A stretch of DNA of 64,000 bases from Zygnema circumcarinatum SAG 698-1b. Lineage: Eukaryota > Plantae > Zygnematophyceae. A program made the position numbers and the translations under genes. The stretch is taken from assembly GCA_037447605.1 (NCBI GenBank), contig CM074804.1:4193909-4257908 (forward strand). Reading direction: 5' to 3'. This document shows positions 11,776 through 23,211 of this stretch, piece after piece (position 1 is the stretch's first letter; each line of letters opens with the position of its first letter). The notes below the pieces were generated by a model. The model saw only the letters and a program-made list of their open reading frames with translations. It had not been told where the DNA came from and ran no database searches.

Positions 11776-14700
11776 CTGCCGCGCCGACCCCATCTTGCCA
11801 CCCCCGCCACTGCGCCAGCTCCGCAATTTGCCGCCAAAAACCGGCCGGGCCGCGGGATATCTATTATTACCGTACCGTCCTGGAAGCGGCTGCGGCTGCG
11901 GGAGGGGAAGGGGTTCCAGCCGCTATAGCCCCCATTTGGTGCGATATGGCGTAAATCCCAAATTGCAATCCGCCGTCCCCTCTCGCGCCGGCACGGCGAC
12001 CACACTGCGCCCCTAGTCCCCGACCCTGCCGGCCGATTTAAACGAATCGGAGTTCGGGTACAAACGGGGTAACTCGCAGCAATCGCAATCGCGTGGCAAC
12101 GTGACCGCCGCAATCTCTCAGCCAATCGGAAGCCTGAAATAGGTTCGGACGAATCTCGAAGAACTCGGATCTTAATACTTACGGACGCCGATTTTTCCTG
12201 ACGGTAGACAAAGCACCTGTCGGCCAGTTTGCCGGCAGGGATCTGCCGGCCGACAGGAACTGGCTGCAACCGGCGGGCGCCGGTCCAGTTCAGTCACCCG
12301 GCGGGCCAATTCCGGACGGCAGCCGGTTGCGGCTTAGGAATTTGACGGCCGGCGGCGATATTTTGGCGAGGCCGACGTGGCCGGAGGGGAGTGGCCTGTT
12401 CGTACGGTACGAAACACCTGGCGTGCGTCCAGAAAGCTAACGGACGAAACAACGGTCAAACAAAATCATATGTTTTCTGGCTTTCCAATTTGCCGGGCTG
12501 CATAAACGGGCAGACAATAATTAACAATATTTTTCAAACTATTTTCAGATTGTCCATTATTTCTTCAGAATCATCCTACAAAATGTTTTCCTCTGAGATC
12601 GGGCAGCGGCGGAAGGAAACCGTTAACTGCCCGTACATAAAACGGGCAGGTGAAAACAAAACTCTGAACCAGGCGGGGTCCATGAATGGGCCGTACACTC
12701 CGAGCCCACTTCCAGACCCGTTTCGAAGCTCTTCCATGCCTCTCCCAGACCGTTCCCGAACCGTTGAACTGTGGCGTTCCAGAGTCCCAGCCCCGTCCGA
12801 ACCTGCGCGCCACCGCGCACGTGCGAGATGGCTCCCTCGCCTCCCACCCTCTGGGAATAACGCCCTCCCCGCCTTCGGGATGCTGACACCTGGCAATTCG
12901 GCGGCTGCAGGAGGGAGAAAAGAGCAAAAGGTAGGAGAAGAGAAGAAGAAAAGTGCCCCTGGCAGTTAAAGCGAGAGAGAGAGGGTGGAGGGAGGAGAGA
13001 GATAGAGGTGACGGAGAAGAACAAGGGGTGAAAGAACGCGGTGGGGAGCTAGTTGGGACTGTTTTTCGTCGACCTCAGATTTGAATTCTGTTCTTTCCTA
13101 CTTTCTGATACATGGGGGCTCAGCAAAGCAGCCATGGCGAGATGGGAAACATCGGTGCTGCATATCGACAGGAAAATCCGTTGCAGGCTGTCACGGACCT
13201 CTGGATCGCCAGCCTCCAGTTCCAGAGCGGCGGCAGGAAGTCCACGCTCGTTCTGGCGCGCACGACAGGGAGCCGATCGCAGTCGTCAGTCCGTCACGCA
13301 ACTCAGGAGGGTCTTCTCCTGCTCGCAATGCCGCTTCCCTGAAGAAAATTGAAGCAGAAATATGCTGAAATTCAATATGCTTAACATTAAGGTGAGGGGC
13401 TCTCAATTGAACACATTTTGATGAGGAGTGCTAAATCAATGGATTTATTCGGGTGGTGGATTTTTTGGGGGGTGGGGGGTTAGTGAAGTGGGAAGGATAG
13501 GAGAACAGCGGCAGAAGTTGGGTGGGGGGAGGAAGGGGGGTGCGATAGGATACTTGGATGTGTTTAGCTTTTTAGGGTGCTGTTCTCTACTTGAATCAGG
13601 GTTTCTGTTTTTAGTTCAATTGCTTACTGAATTTTGTTTTTCAGAGTTTCTGTTTAGGGGTGTCAAGTGAAATGGGAGAAAAAAAGAGAGGAAGGCGAAG
13701 TTGAGGCTTTGAAGAGATTGTTGGAGGTTGGATCTGACTGGAAGTGGGGTCTTTGAAGGGTTAGAGATTGTTAACGAAGTCTCTGATTTTCATGGGACAA
13801 TTGAAGTCATGAATTTTAGTTTTGCTGATTTCATTAAATGTGTTCTAATGGAAGTGGCTGCTGCTCTTTGCAGGTATACGCAGTTATTACATTGTACAGT
13901 GCTCAATGAACCGAAGTAGGGCCCCTCCTTGTCACTCATTTAGAATGTCCGTCTGCAGTGAAGTAAACTCGGCTTTCATCTCGACGATGATGTTTCCGCC
14001 GATCTGTCGCCTGCAGTTGAAATTTCATTTTGTTCTGGAATCACGTTGAGCTTAGTACTTTGTTGACCTTAGATTTTAGGGAAAATATCGTCAAGCAGAA
14101 AAAATAATTTCTGCTGAGTATGAGCTATAAAGTTTTCTTTTTGATTCGTATGCACAAGTACGATAGATGATGGAGGTACATTCCATCAGTAGCGTAAATA
14201 ATTGTGAAGATTTAGGACGAGGAGGTGTATGTCTTTAAACTGTCGGAGTATGTTCGAAGTGGCAGTGAAGCTATTCAGTAATTAGGGACCACTCACGGAA
14301 CCTTTCATACCAGGGGGGCTCATGGAGGGGAAGTTTGAAGGTGGAGATGAACCCATCTGCTCTCAATTTGGTTCTAAAACAAAAGTTTTTACCTTTGTAC
14401 GGATGAGATTTGTTTTTTTTTCTGCCCATGTCTATCATGATTAGAAGGGCTTTCTCAATGCCTTTTGAAATATTCTCGAAAAGCGTCATTTGCTTCATTG
14501 TCATACAGAATATTCCGATGAAAATTGCGCCAAAAGCTCGGGTTACTAGTGTGCATGATGCTTCCGCACAACGTTGGAACTTTATACGGAGATCGAACAA
14601 GTCTGCTGGTGTGGAAGGTTGCCGTAAGCTATTCATGAGAGTCGTCAGATTGATAGAATTTGAAAGGGCGGAGTTAAGGGTTGAGGTCGCTTGCCATGTT

Positions 14701-15249
14701 CATCTGGAATGCGTACAAATAAAACCTCTTTGAAAAACCTCAGATCTCGGCATCTCGATGGACGGCCTACTGCCTCATTCGAAAGGCCCAAATTGGAAGC
14801 TCCACGCGACGAGCAGCAAGCGTGCCAACCGTTGGCTCGCTTGGGTCATCAGTTGGGCATCGGTTGGGCAGGGCGCCTGGACCTGCTGTACGGCCAGCAC
14901 TGAACCCCGCCGGAATCAAAGGAAAGATTCTGCGACTCGGGTCGGTCTAAAACCCGCGACGCACTTGCGGACAACAGGGAAGAATCTACGGAGAACGAGA
15001 TCTTGAACAGCTAATCAGGGGCCGCGGAGGGATCGTGCTGACTCGGCTCCGCCGACACGTCTGCCGACCGTCCGTACGGGGCCGGCAGCTGGTGCCCGGG
15101 CGGGCCCGCTTGTCGCATCCGCGGAGTGATTCGGCCGCGCCGCCGCACGGACCTGCGCGGACGCTCGCTCTGTGAGGCGCGCGGTTCACTGTCGGGGTGG
15201 GCACCGCTCTGCTCTGCTCCGAACGCGAACGCGGAGAGGGCCTCCCTCC

Positions 15250-15532
15250 GGGGTTCGGGGTTCAGGGTTCAGGGGTCAGAGTTCAGGGGTCAGGGTTCGG
15301 GGTTCGGGGTTCAGGGATCAGGGTTCGGGGTTCAGGGTTCAGGGTTCAGGGTTCAGGGCTCAGGGTTCAGGGTTCGGGGTTCGGGGTTCAGGGTGCAGGG
15401 GTGAGGGTTCAGGGTTCAGGGTGCAGGAGTTTGGAATTCGGGGTTCGGGGTTCAGGGTTCAGGGTTCGGGGTTCGGGGTTCAGGGTTCAGGATTCGAGGT
15501 TCGGGGTTCGGGGTTCAGGGGTCAGGGTTCAG
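15250..15532 (+). repeat. Interstitial telomere-like 7-bp array, consensus TTCAGGG with TTCGGGG/GTCAGGG variants, about 40 units
   Basis: Continuous 7-nt periodicity over about 283 bp; produces the spurious GSGFRVQ-repeat ORFs in all three plus frames. Confidence 0.9.
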
Positions 15533-16418
15533 AAAGGGACAAGGGGGTCGCGCATGGCGGCGGGTACGGTCGCACTGCGGGGCGGAAATCAGGAGGGGGG
15601 CAGGCCGGCGGAGGAGCGCGGGGGGCTTCCTTTGTTGGGATTCAATGTGCATTTTGAGGAAGGGTGACAGGCAAGGAGTAGTATGAATCGGGAGGGAGGG
15701 AGGGAGAAGCGGGAAGGAAGAGGGAGGGAGGAAAGGGGAAAGGCTGCAATTTTGCCACGACTGCCTCACTTGCAAGTGGCTCTCTTTGACGCTTCTATTT
15801 GCAACAGAAGGATTTTCATAATGCAGACAACAGAGAGCTTGCAAGCTTCTATCCACATCAAGCATGTCACAGCTCGCGCAAAGCAACAAGATCACGAAGG
15901 TTTTGAGAAAGAATGGAAAATATCTCTCTTATTGCTGGGTCGTAATACATAAATACCGTTTCTTCTGACAAAGTTTGCCTTGAAGCTCTACATAATCGAA
16001 ACCTCATATCCTTGCTCCACAAATATACAACCAGAAAGAGGACGGTCAGAATGATGGATTATTTCCCCAGAGCTGCTCTGCTCCGAGAAGCCGGGAGGCC
16101 CTCACAAGGTCTAACAATGATTTTTTTTAACGAGGGATGCTGCTGAACTCTAGGTCTCATGCGTTGTTCAGAGCTTGATGGAAGATCCTCAAAGGGAGCA
16201 ACCATCAAGCACGGACACAAAAAGCGCCTGAAAAAAGTGGAGTCTATAATATGCAACAATGGGCTCTATCGAAGCCCAAAGTCACCAACACGATCGGTTA
16301 TTGGCACAATGGAGGGACGGATCAGCAGATGGTTATTATACACGTGTCACTCCTAAAGTCTCCGGACCGAAGCCTGTAAAGCCCCTTGCTCGGGTGAAGC
16401 CCCCAAGGCCCCCTCCAT

Positions 16419-17378
16419 TTACCTAGGCTCCTCTTCCACAGCTGTCAGCCATGGATGCTCGAGGACCTCGGCGACAGAAGGCCGCTTCTCCGGGTCACTC
16501 TGGATGAGTTGTTGAACGAGATCTTTTGCCTCCGGCGAAATCGACAGCCACGCTCCCTTCTCCAAGTCGACATTTGCTAGCTTGGAAGCTTCAAAAATTT
16601 CCGAAGTTGTGCTCCCATTGAAAGGCTGCTCTCCCGCGAGCATGGCGTACAGCACAACACCCAAAGACCAGAGGTCCACCTTCTCCATGTACATGTCTCC
16701 GATAACGATCTCAGGCGCCATGTAACATGGGGACCCGGCAATGCCCTCATGAAGCTCCCCGGGCGCGTGGGCCATAGCCAGCCCGAAGTCGCCGAGTTTA
16801 GCTTCATAGACCGTGGCGACTTTATTGCGAGCAAAGAGCGATAAGAGAACGGAGGCGGCGGTGACTTTACGGCAGAGGAAAATGTTTTCAGGCTTGATGT
16901 CGCGGTGCAGCCAGCCGCCCACGTGGCAGCTTCCCACAGCCGTCACGATCTGCCGGAAGAGCGCAGCAGCTTCCCCCTCCGCTAGCCGCCCCTTAGTCGC
17001 GATTAGGTCGAACAAATCCCCCCCATCACAAAGATCCATAACAAGATGAACGCAGACGTCATCTTCAAACACATCCTTCAAGTGCACCACATTTGCGCAG
17101 TCTTGCAAGTCGCGCATAGCCTGCACTTCTGCGCGCAGGCCCTCCACATCATCATCATCCAAAAGGTCGCTTTTGAACACAGTCTTGCAAGCGAATCTCT
17201 CCCCCCCTCCCCCCCGGCGCGTGCAGGCGCGCACGGTCCCCCAACCCCCTATCCCGAGATCGCCGTTCTTCACCAAGGCGTACTGCTCCTCTATGTCGCA
17301 GAAGGGCGCTCCGAACACTACGGGCAGAGCAGGCGGTGCGGAATTTGCCATGCGTGCGCGGTGCCGTGCCGGCGCCAT
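16419..17378 (-). CDS. Intronless Ser/Thr kinase of the CDPK/SnRK (CAMK) superfamily, kinase domain only (PPCK/PEPRK-like)
   Basis: Single 319-aa ORF with LGIGGWGTV, ACK, HRDIKPEN, KLGDFG, GSPCYMAPE, DLWSLGV and ISPEAKDLVQQLI...RPSVAEVLEHPWL; no junction or EF-hand domain before the stop. Confidence 0.92.
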   Translation of the reverse strand: MAPARHRARMANSAPPALPVVFGAPFCDIEEQYALVKNGDLGIGGWGTVRACTRRGGGGERFACKTVFKSDLLDDDDVEGLRAEVQAMRDLQDCANVVHLKDVFEDDVCVHLVMDLCDGGDLFDLIATKGRLAEGEAAALFRQIVTAVGSCHVGGWLHRDIKPENIFLCRKVTAASVLLSLFARNKVATVYEAKLGDFGLAMAHAPGELHEGIAGSPCYMAPEIVIGDMYMEKVDLWSLGVVLYAMLAGEQPFNGSTTSEIFEASKLANVDLEKGAWLSISPEAKDLVQQLIQSDPEKRPSVAEVLEHPWLTAVEEEPR

Positions 17379-19347
17379 GCAGAGCCCGGAGGGGGCGGGC
17401 GGGGCTCAGCGGTCGAGCCGGAGCCTGCTTCCGAGTCGGCGCGAGCCGCGGGCCAAGCGGGCGAGGGCGAGGGCGAGGGCGAGAGTGAGCCGGCGCGAGC
17501 GCGTGCAGGAACGGCGAGTAACAGACAGAGAGAGAGGGACGAGAGGCGAGGGCAGGGGAAGAGACCGTGCCAGCCGCAGACTTTGAGAGGAAGGTGGCGG
17601 GGAGGGGCACTAAATGCAAGGCGCCGCGCCGTCGTGACGTGACGTCCGTGGCGTACGGCAGTGTACGGTTGGAGTACAGTATATACATGTACTGTACGAA
17701 CTGCGTACAAAACCGTACGGCCTCATACGAAGAAGGTAACGTTCCCCCGGCACCGGACGGCGGAGAGCGCAGAGCAGCAGCCGCCGATGAGGCGCCACGT
17801 GACAGCGTACGGTACATTTTGGAGGGTTCGTTGGCGACGAAGAGGTGGGCGGGCGGCAGTTGACGCCGCGCGGGCGGCAGGTCGTCGGGGGGTGGGGACA
17901 ATGATAGTTGTACGTACGGTCCAGCCGTTGAGCATTGATTCGTTGGATCGATTCTGGCGGGCGGCGGACGCGTCGGACCGTTAAGTGTCGGAATGTCATT
18001 ACTTTCTGTGTCGTATTAGCCGCCATAGGGCAGGTTCGCTGCAGCTACGTCGCCGCAGGCGCCTGTCCTATGGGCCGGGCTGGAGGGCAAATTTCATTCT
18101 GCGAATTTTGCAAGCTGCCTGAATCTTTGTGGATGATGAGGAGGGCTGACACGCCGCCGATCCGTTCATTATTTTATCCGAGATCCTAGGGCAGCCGTCT
18201 ACCGTACGGCGCCCGCCTGGGGTCGGCGCGCACTGCGAGGCTCGGGCGGCAGAAATCGAACGGCAGCTCTTTCAGCGCCGGTGCTGCTGCAGAGGGAGTA
18301 TCCATCTGCAGCTGGATCGCCATTTTCCAAGAGCACGGTACAGTACTCGTTTCGGTATCAGAATTACGAAAGATTTTCAGTATTACTGACGATTTTCTGT
18401 CGAACATGCCCTGGTGTCCACGATAGCATGGACCAAGCCCTGCCGAAAGCATTTCGTCCGCCGTGGCGAGCTGTGACTGGTCCCTCGGTGGACGCCACCC
18501 TCGTGTGAGGCTACGGAACACAGTTCACATGTCTGCCTTTCATAGCCGGCGTTGGCCCGCGGCCAAACGTTTGTTGGAGCCTTGTTCAAAACACCTGATG
18601 ACCGGCTTCCCCCGGAGGGTCGTTGGAGGCGCCATGCCATGCCCATGTGTCATGCCGTGCCCATGTGCCATGCATGTTGCAGGCACGCTTCCAGCCCCCA
18701 TGTGGTCGGTCGGTCAACCTCCCGGCGGTCTCGCTGCGAGTCTGTGACGCGGGCCCCGGCGTTCGGCCGCAGCAACCAACCGGCACCCAACGGTCGGTCA
18801 GTCGCGTTGCAGGCTGCCACGCGCACACCACGCGCGGAAATCTGCGCCGCCCTTGCACTGGTCATTCCATCCGCGCGAGGGCGATTTTTTATTTTTTATT
18901 TTTTTTTTTCGATGGAGGGAATGGACAACTACCAAACTGCCACGTACTCACTTTGGCCCATGTGGCCCGCAGTAATTGGGCTATGCGTCACAGCGTACCC
19001 TCAAAGGAATACGGTAACAACCCGATCTTAACCAGGAAACCATCGCCACAAGTTGTTTGGCCTGTTTGCCCGGAGTAGGCTACACTGAACAGCCAGTGGA
19101 CCAGTGATGACAGTGCAAAAGTCAAGACCGATTTCTTGTTTGGTTTGCTGCTTTGCTTCCACGAATTTGGAAGGAAGGCCACTTGCCTCCTGCATACTTC
19201 CACGTGGCAGGGCCGCCATGCCCGACGCGACACAACTTGAGGCCGCGGCCCCTCGTCACGAACCCGCAGGGGCCGGAGGGGGGCGGCAATCTGCGTTCTC
19301 GGGAAATCTCGGCCAATCACCAATCCGTACACGCTCTGTGCCACAGC

Positions 19348-19639
19348 TAGGGATGGTACAAGGGAGTTTTAGAGTTCTAGATATTAGTACTAGAACGTTC
19401 TAATATCCAAAAGTTCAGGGTTTTAGAACACTTTAAACGGTCGTACGATTGGCGATCGCAATTCTAGGTTAGGTTTTGGCGTTGCGAATGGCACTGCCCG
19501 TCAGAGCGGTTGCCGTACGACCGTACGTTCAGGCGGCCGTACTTTTGGATGGCCATTCTAAAAGTGTTTTATAAAACGGCCCGACTTTTAAATTTTGATT
19601 GGAATTCTAAACGACACTGCGTTGCAATATCCATCCCTA
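19348..19639. mobile_element. hAT-like MITE, 292 bp
   Basis: Ends TAGGGATGG...CCATCCCTA (9-bp TIR resembling Ac/Ds termini); 8-bp flanks GCCACAGC (19340-19347) and ACCACAGC (19640-19647), 7/8 identical. Confidence 0.8.
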
Positions 19640-19827
19640 ACCACAGCCAGGGCTTCTATGTTTCACTTTTGCCCGTGTGCGGGTTTGGACCGCGCCCGCC
19701 GCGGCTGCAGTCACGCGCGTCACGCCGCAACTCACGCGCGGATGGACGCCCATCCGGAGGGGGGCACCGACCAGGATGCCACGTCACACAGTTGCACCGA
19801 CGTAGCGTCGGCTCTGGCGGCCAGGCG

Positions 19828-19972
19828 TTCAACAATCTCAGATCCACTGTCATGTTTTCATGAATCACAGATCCACTGTGATGTTTTCAACAATCTCAGA
19901 TCCACTATCATATTCTCAACAATCTCAGGTCCACTATGTCGTTCTCAACAATCTCAGATCTACTGTACTACA
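19828..19972 (+). repeat. 29-bp minisatellite, 5 diverged units
   Basis: Consensus (t/c)tcaacaatctcagatccactgtcatgtt at 19828, 19857, 19886, 19915 and 19944, with no spacers. Confidence 0.85.
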
Positions 19973-20125
19973 GTCAAATCACGTTATAGTGACACTGTTT
20001 ATAAGAACAGCATGGATATACTGACTTTTTTTCCGGGAACGGAATTGCACCACTGCAGATCCTGCGCCAGTAGTGACGCCATTACGGATATATTGACATT
20101 TGAAAAAGGGGGACGACTATTACAG
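19971..20125 (+). mobile_element. Solo left end of a pogo/Tc1-mariner-like element
   Basis: TA followed by CAGTCAAATCACGTTATAGTGACAC, which resembles pogo/Tigger-type termini. No matching right end was found in the window. Confidence 0.4.
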
Positions 20126-20705
20126 TAGGGGGTGTCAAACTTAAAAAATTCTCGTAATACTAAAAATTCGATATTCGTAACATTTCGAGTCAACGTTAGT
20201 AAAACTAAAATTCTCGAGCGTAGTTTTTCGCACTCGCGGCGCGGTCCTGTTCGCACTCCGCGATCGCCGTCTTCGCACTTCTCCAAACGCCGTCTTCGCA
20301 ACTTCGCCCTCGCGCGGGGCCCTCAAACTTAGAAACAGCGCCGGCGCGGCGCGCGGAGACCGCTTGTCGTTGTGTCGTGTTGCGCGTCACGGGCGGGCGC
20401 GGGCGCGGCCGGGAAGCCGGGAAAACAACCATGACGTCACGTTGACGCGATTTTCGCCAGTATTTTCTTCGCACGTCCATTTCGGCGCCTCTTCTGGGTG
20501 CGAACAAAATCGTGCGAAGAAATGCAATTTCAGTAAACCCACGGGTCAATCTTCGCAACGTTGACCCGTTGACTTAGCACAGTTGACTTTCGTTCGGTTC
20601 GGTTTAGGTTCGGGGGCGAGATGATTTTTAGTACTTAGTAACCTCGATTCTCGTAATACTAAAAACTCGATATTCGTAACATTTTGTTAAGTCTGACACG
20701 CCCTA
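20126..20705. mobile_element. hAT-like MITE, 580 bp
   Basis: TIR TAGGGGGTGTCAAACTTA versus reverse complement of the right end TAGGGCGTGTCAGACTTA (16/18). The subterminal motif TCTCGTAATACTAAAAA(T/C)TCGATATTCGTAACATTT occurs at both ends. No TSD is recoverable. Confidence 0.7.
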
Positions 20706-20772
20706 TTCGTAACATTTTGTTATTCTGAATGTAGTGTACGTTTTCGCCGGGCAGCAAAAGAAAGGATTTATT

Positions 20773-21316
20773 TGGCGAAAAATGCTGTTTCATACTTTTC
20801 AGAATAGATACAGACCCTTTATCGTCGGATGTACGAATGGTGATTTGAAATGTACGAAGCGCGCGCGTCTACAAGGTATAAGGGCGCAACACGTGGAGCG
20901 ACATGATTGGTCGTGCCAACATATGACGTGACGATGTTTTGGACCGTGACGTGACGAAACGAGACGCGAAAAAAGTGGAGTCCGCGGACGGCAGTCGGAA
21001 ATGGCGGGAATTAAAACTGACAGATTTTTCCTGAAACACGCTACGTTATGTGCCCTATCTATTTCTGTCAGTTTTAATTCCCGCCATTTCCGACTGCCGT
21101 CCGCGGACTCCACTTTTTTCGCGTCTGGTTTCGTCACGTCACGGTCCCAAACATACTTGTCACGTCATATGTTGCCGCGACCAATCATGTCGCTCCACGT
21201 GATGCGCCCATACCTTGTAGACGCGCGCGCTTCATACATTTCAAATCACCATCCGTACATCCGACGAAAAAAGGTCTGTATCTATTCTGAAAAGTATGAA
21301 ACAGCATTTTTCGCCA
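20773..21316. mobile_element. Foldback / long inverted repeat (about 250-bp arms, 39-bp loop), probably a MITE
   Basis: 20773-21024 is the reverse complement of 21064-21316 with scattered mismatches. Confidence 0.85.
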
Positions 21317-21966
21317 TAAAAGGAAAATGATACAGCGGCCCCACTTTTTGGATATCGGCGCCCCCTTTTGGGAAAAATTGTACTTCTTTTTTTGCCTAAT
21401 CAGCCCCCCCCTTAGATCTTTCGGGAGGAGAGATCTTGTAGACAATCGGACCCCGCGCCTCGCGCGCAGGATCCGACCGTGCACCGACGTACGGCACCGC
21501 GCATCGCGGCGTGGCCCGCGAGATGCGGCGAGCCTACGGAAAAGTTGTCGTCACCTGACCCGTTTGGGTCGAGGTTGCCACGTGGCAGTCTGCCATTGGA
21601 CAGCCCTGCTGCCGGTCCCCCATGCCGATGCAGTGGACCCCCATAATATTTTTCACCTTGTACAGTGCGTCCCCAAGAAATTCGCCCCGATTTTGCCGAA
21701 ACCACCTTTTTGTACGGCAACTCAATGTTAACGTATTAGGGGTGTTAACCTAACCTGACCTATTCTCCAATACAAAATCTGTTAATCGAAACGGATTTCA
21801 AACATGGGTCACGCTTTTACGCTGTACGGTAAGTACGAATAAAATCTCGAAGTCATACGATATACGTACGGCACTAATAGAAGCTCGTGTACAGTAGACC
21901 CCCCCAATATTTTCGCCATGGTTTCGGCAAATATTGGGCGAAAATATTGGGTAGCGAAAATATAAG

Positions 21967-23211
21967 GGAGAACTATATACCGCCCCCCCTTTTTGGTTAT
22001 CCCGCCACTGTTTTTTTGAAATCCGACCCTCCCATTTCGGCTATTCTGCCCCCCTCCCCCATTTTGGATATTTCGGGAGGAGACCGCCCCCCTGTTTTGA
22101 ATATTTCTTTCCCGCCCCTCCCGTCCTCTCCCCGCCCCTCCCCTGCCCTCCCCCTCCCCTTCCCTTCCCTTCCTTTCCTCTTTCGCAGAAAGAAAGTGAA
22201 AGAGAGTGAGAGAGAGAGAGCAGAGTGAGAGCAGAGGAGAGAGACTACAGGAGAGAGCAAAGGAGAGAGAAGAGAGAGAGAGAGCAAAGGAGCGAGAGCC
22301 GAGGAGAGAGAGTATAGAGGAGAGAGAAAGAGCAGAGGAGTGAGAGCAAAGGAGAGAGAGAATGAGCAGAGGAGAGAGCAAAGGAGAGAGAGAATGAGCA
22401 GAGGAGAGAGCAAAGGAGAGAGAGAATGAGCAGAGTAGAGAGCAAAGGAGAGAGAGAATGAGCAGAGTAGAGAGCAAAGGAGAGAGAGAGAGTGAGTAGA
22501 GTAATAGCAAAGGAGAGAGAGACTAGAGGAGAGAGCACAGGAGAGAGCAAAGGCGAAAGAGAGAATGAGCAGAGGAGAGAGAAGAGGAGAGAGAAAGACT
22601 AGAGGAGAGAGAGCAGAGGGGAGAGAGAGAGAGAAAGAGAGAGAGAGAGAAGACAGAGCAAGCAAGCAAGCCAACCATTACATCATGACAGAGCTTCACA
22701 CCCACCAAAAGAAAAAGGATAAAAAGAGAATAAAAAGTTCCTAAATATAGAAAAAATCGCAAACCGAGAGGAAGAAGGGAAGGGAGGGGGTGGGCAGGGG
22801 AGGGGAGGGAGGGAGGGAGGAGGAGGGAGGGAGGGGTGGGCAGGGGAGGGGAGGGGTGGGCAGGGGAGGGGAGGGAGGGAGGGAGGGAGGGAGGGAGGGA
22901 GGGAGGAGGGAGGGGAGGGAGGGAGGAGAGGGCAGGGGAGGGAGAGGGGAGGGGAGGGGTGGGCAGGGGAGGGGAGGGGAGGGAGGGAGGGAGGGGTGGG
23001 CAGGGGAGGGGAGGGAGGGAGGGAGTGGGGCCGAGAGGCGGGGGCGGGGAGAGGACGGGAGGGGCGGGAAAGAAATATTCAAAACAGGGGGGCGATCTCC
23101 TCCCGAAATATCCAAAATGGGGGAGGGGGGCAGAATAGCCGAAATGGGAGGGTCGGATTTCGAAAAAACAGTGGCGGGATAACCAAAAAAGGGGGCGGTA
23201 TATAGTTCTCC
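21967..23211. mobile_element. Mutator-like (MULE) non-autonomous element A
   Basis: About 175-bp TIRs starting GGAGAACTATATACCGCCCCC; perfect 9-bp TSD AAATATAAG at 21958-21966 and 23212-23220; interior is GA- and GGGA-rich satellite. Confidence 0.9.

Noticed and set aside
14271-14733. AT-rich ORF with LVTRAFG, faintly like the Harbinger transposase ERAFG motif
   Set aside because: No DDE motifs or TIRs recognisable; a profile search would be needed.
15126-15667. ORFs with GSGFRVQ repeats
   Set aside because: Artefact of the 7-bp TTCAGGG array being open in all three plus frames.
19828-19972. Possible CRISPR array (29-bp repeats)
   Set aside because: Units are directly adjacent with no spacers, and the context is eukaryotic with no cas genes.
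21331-21760. Additional Tc1-like ends (21333, 21631, 21663) and a hAT-like end (21737)
   Set aside because: They resemble the neighbouring TIR families, and 21681-21716 pairs with 23547-23583, but no complete TIR pair with TSD could be defined, so they are not called as elements.
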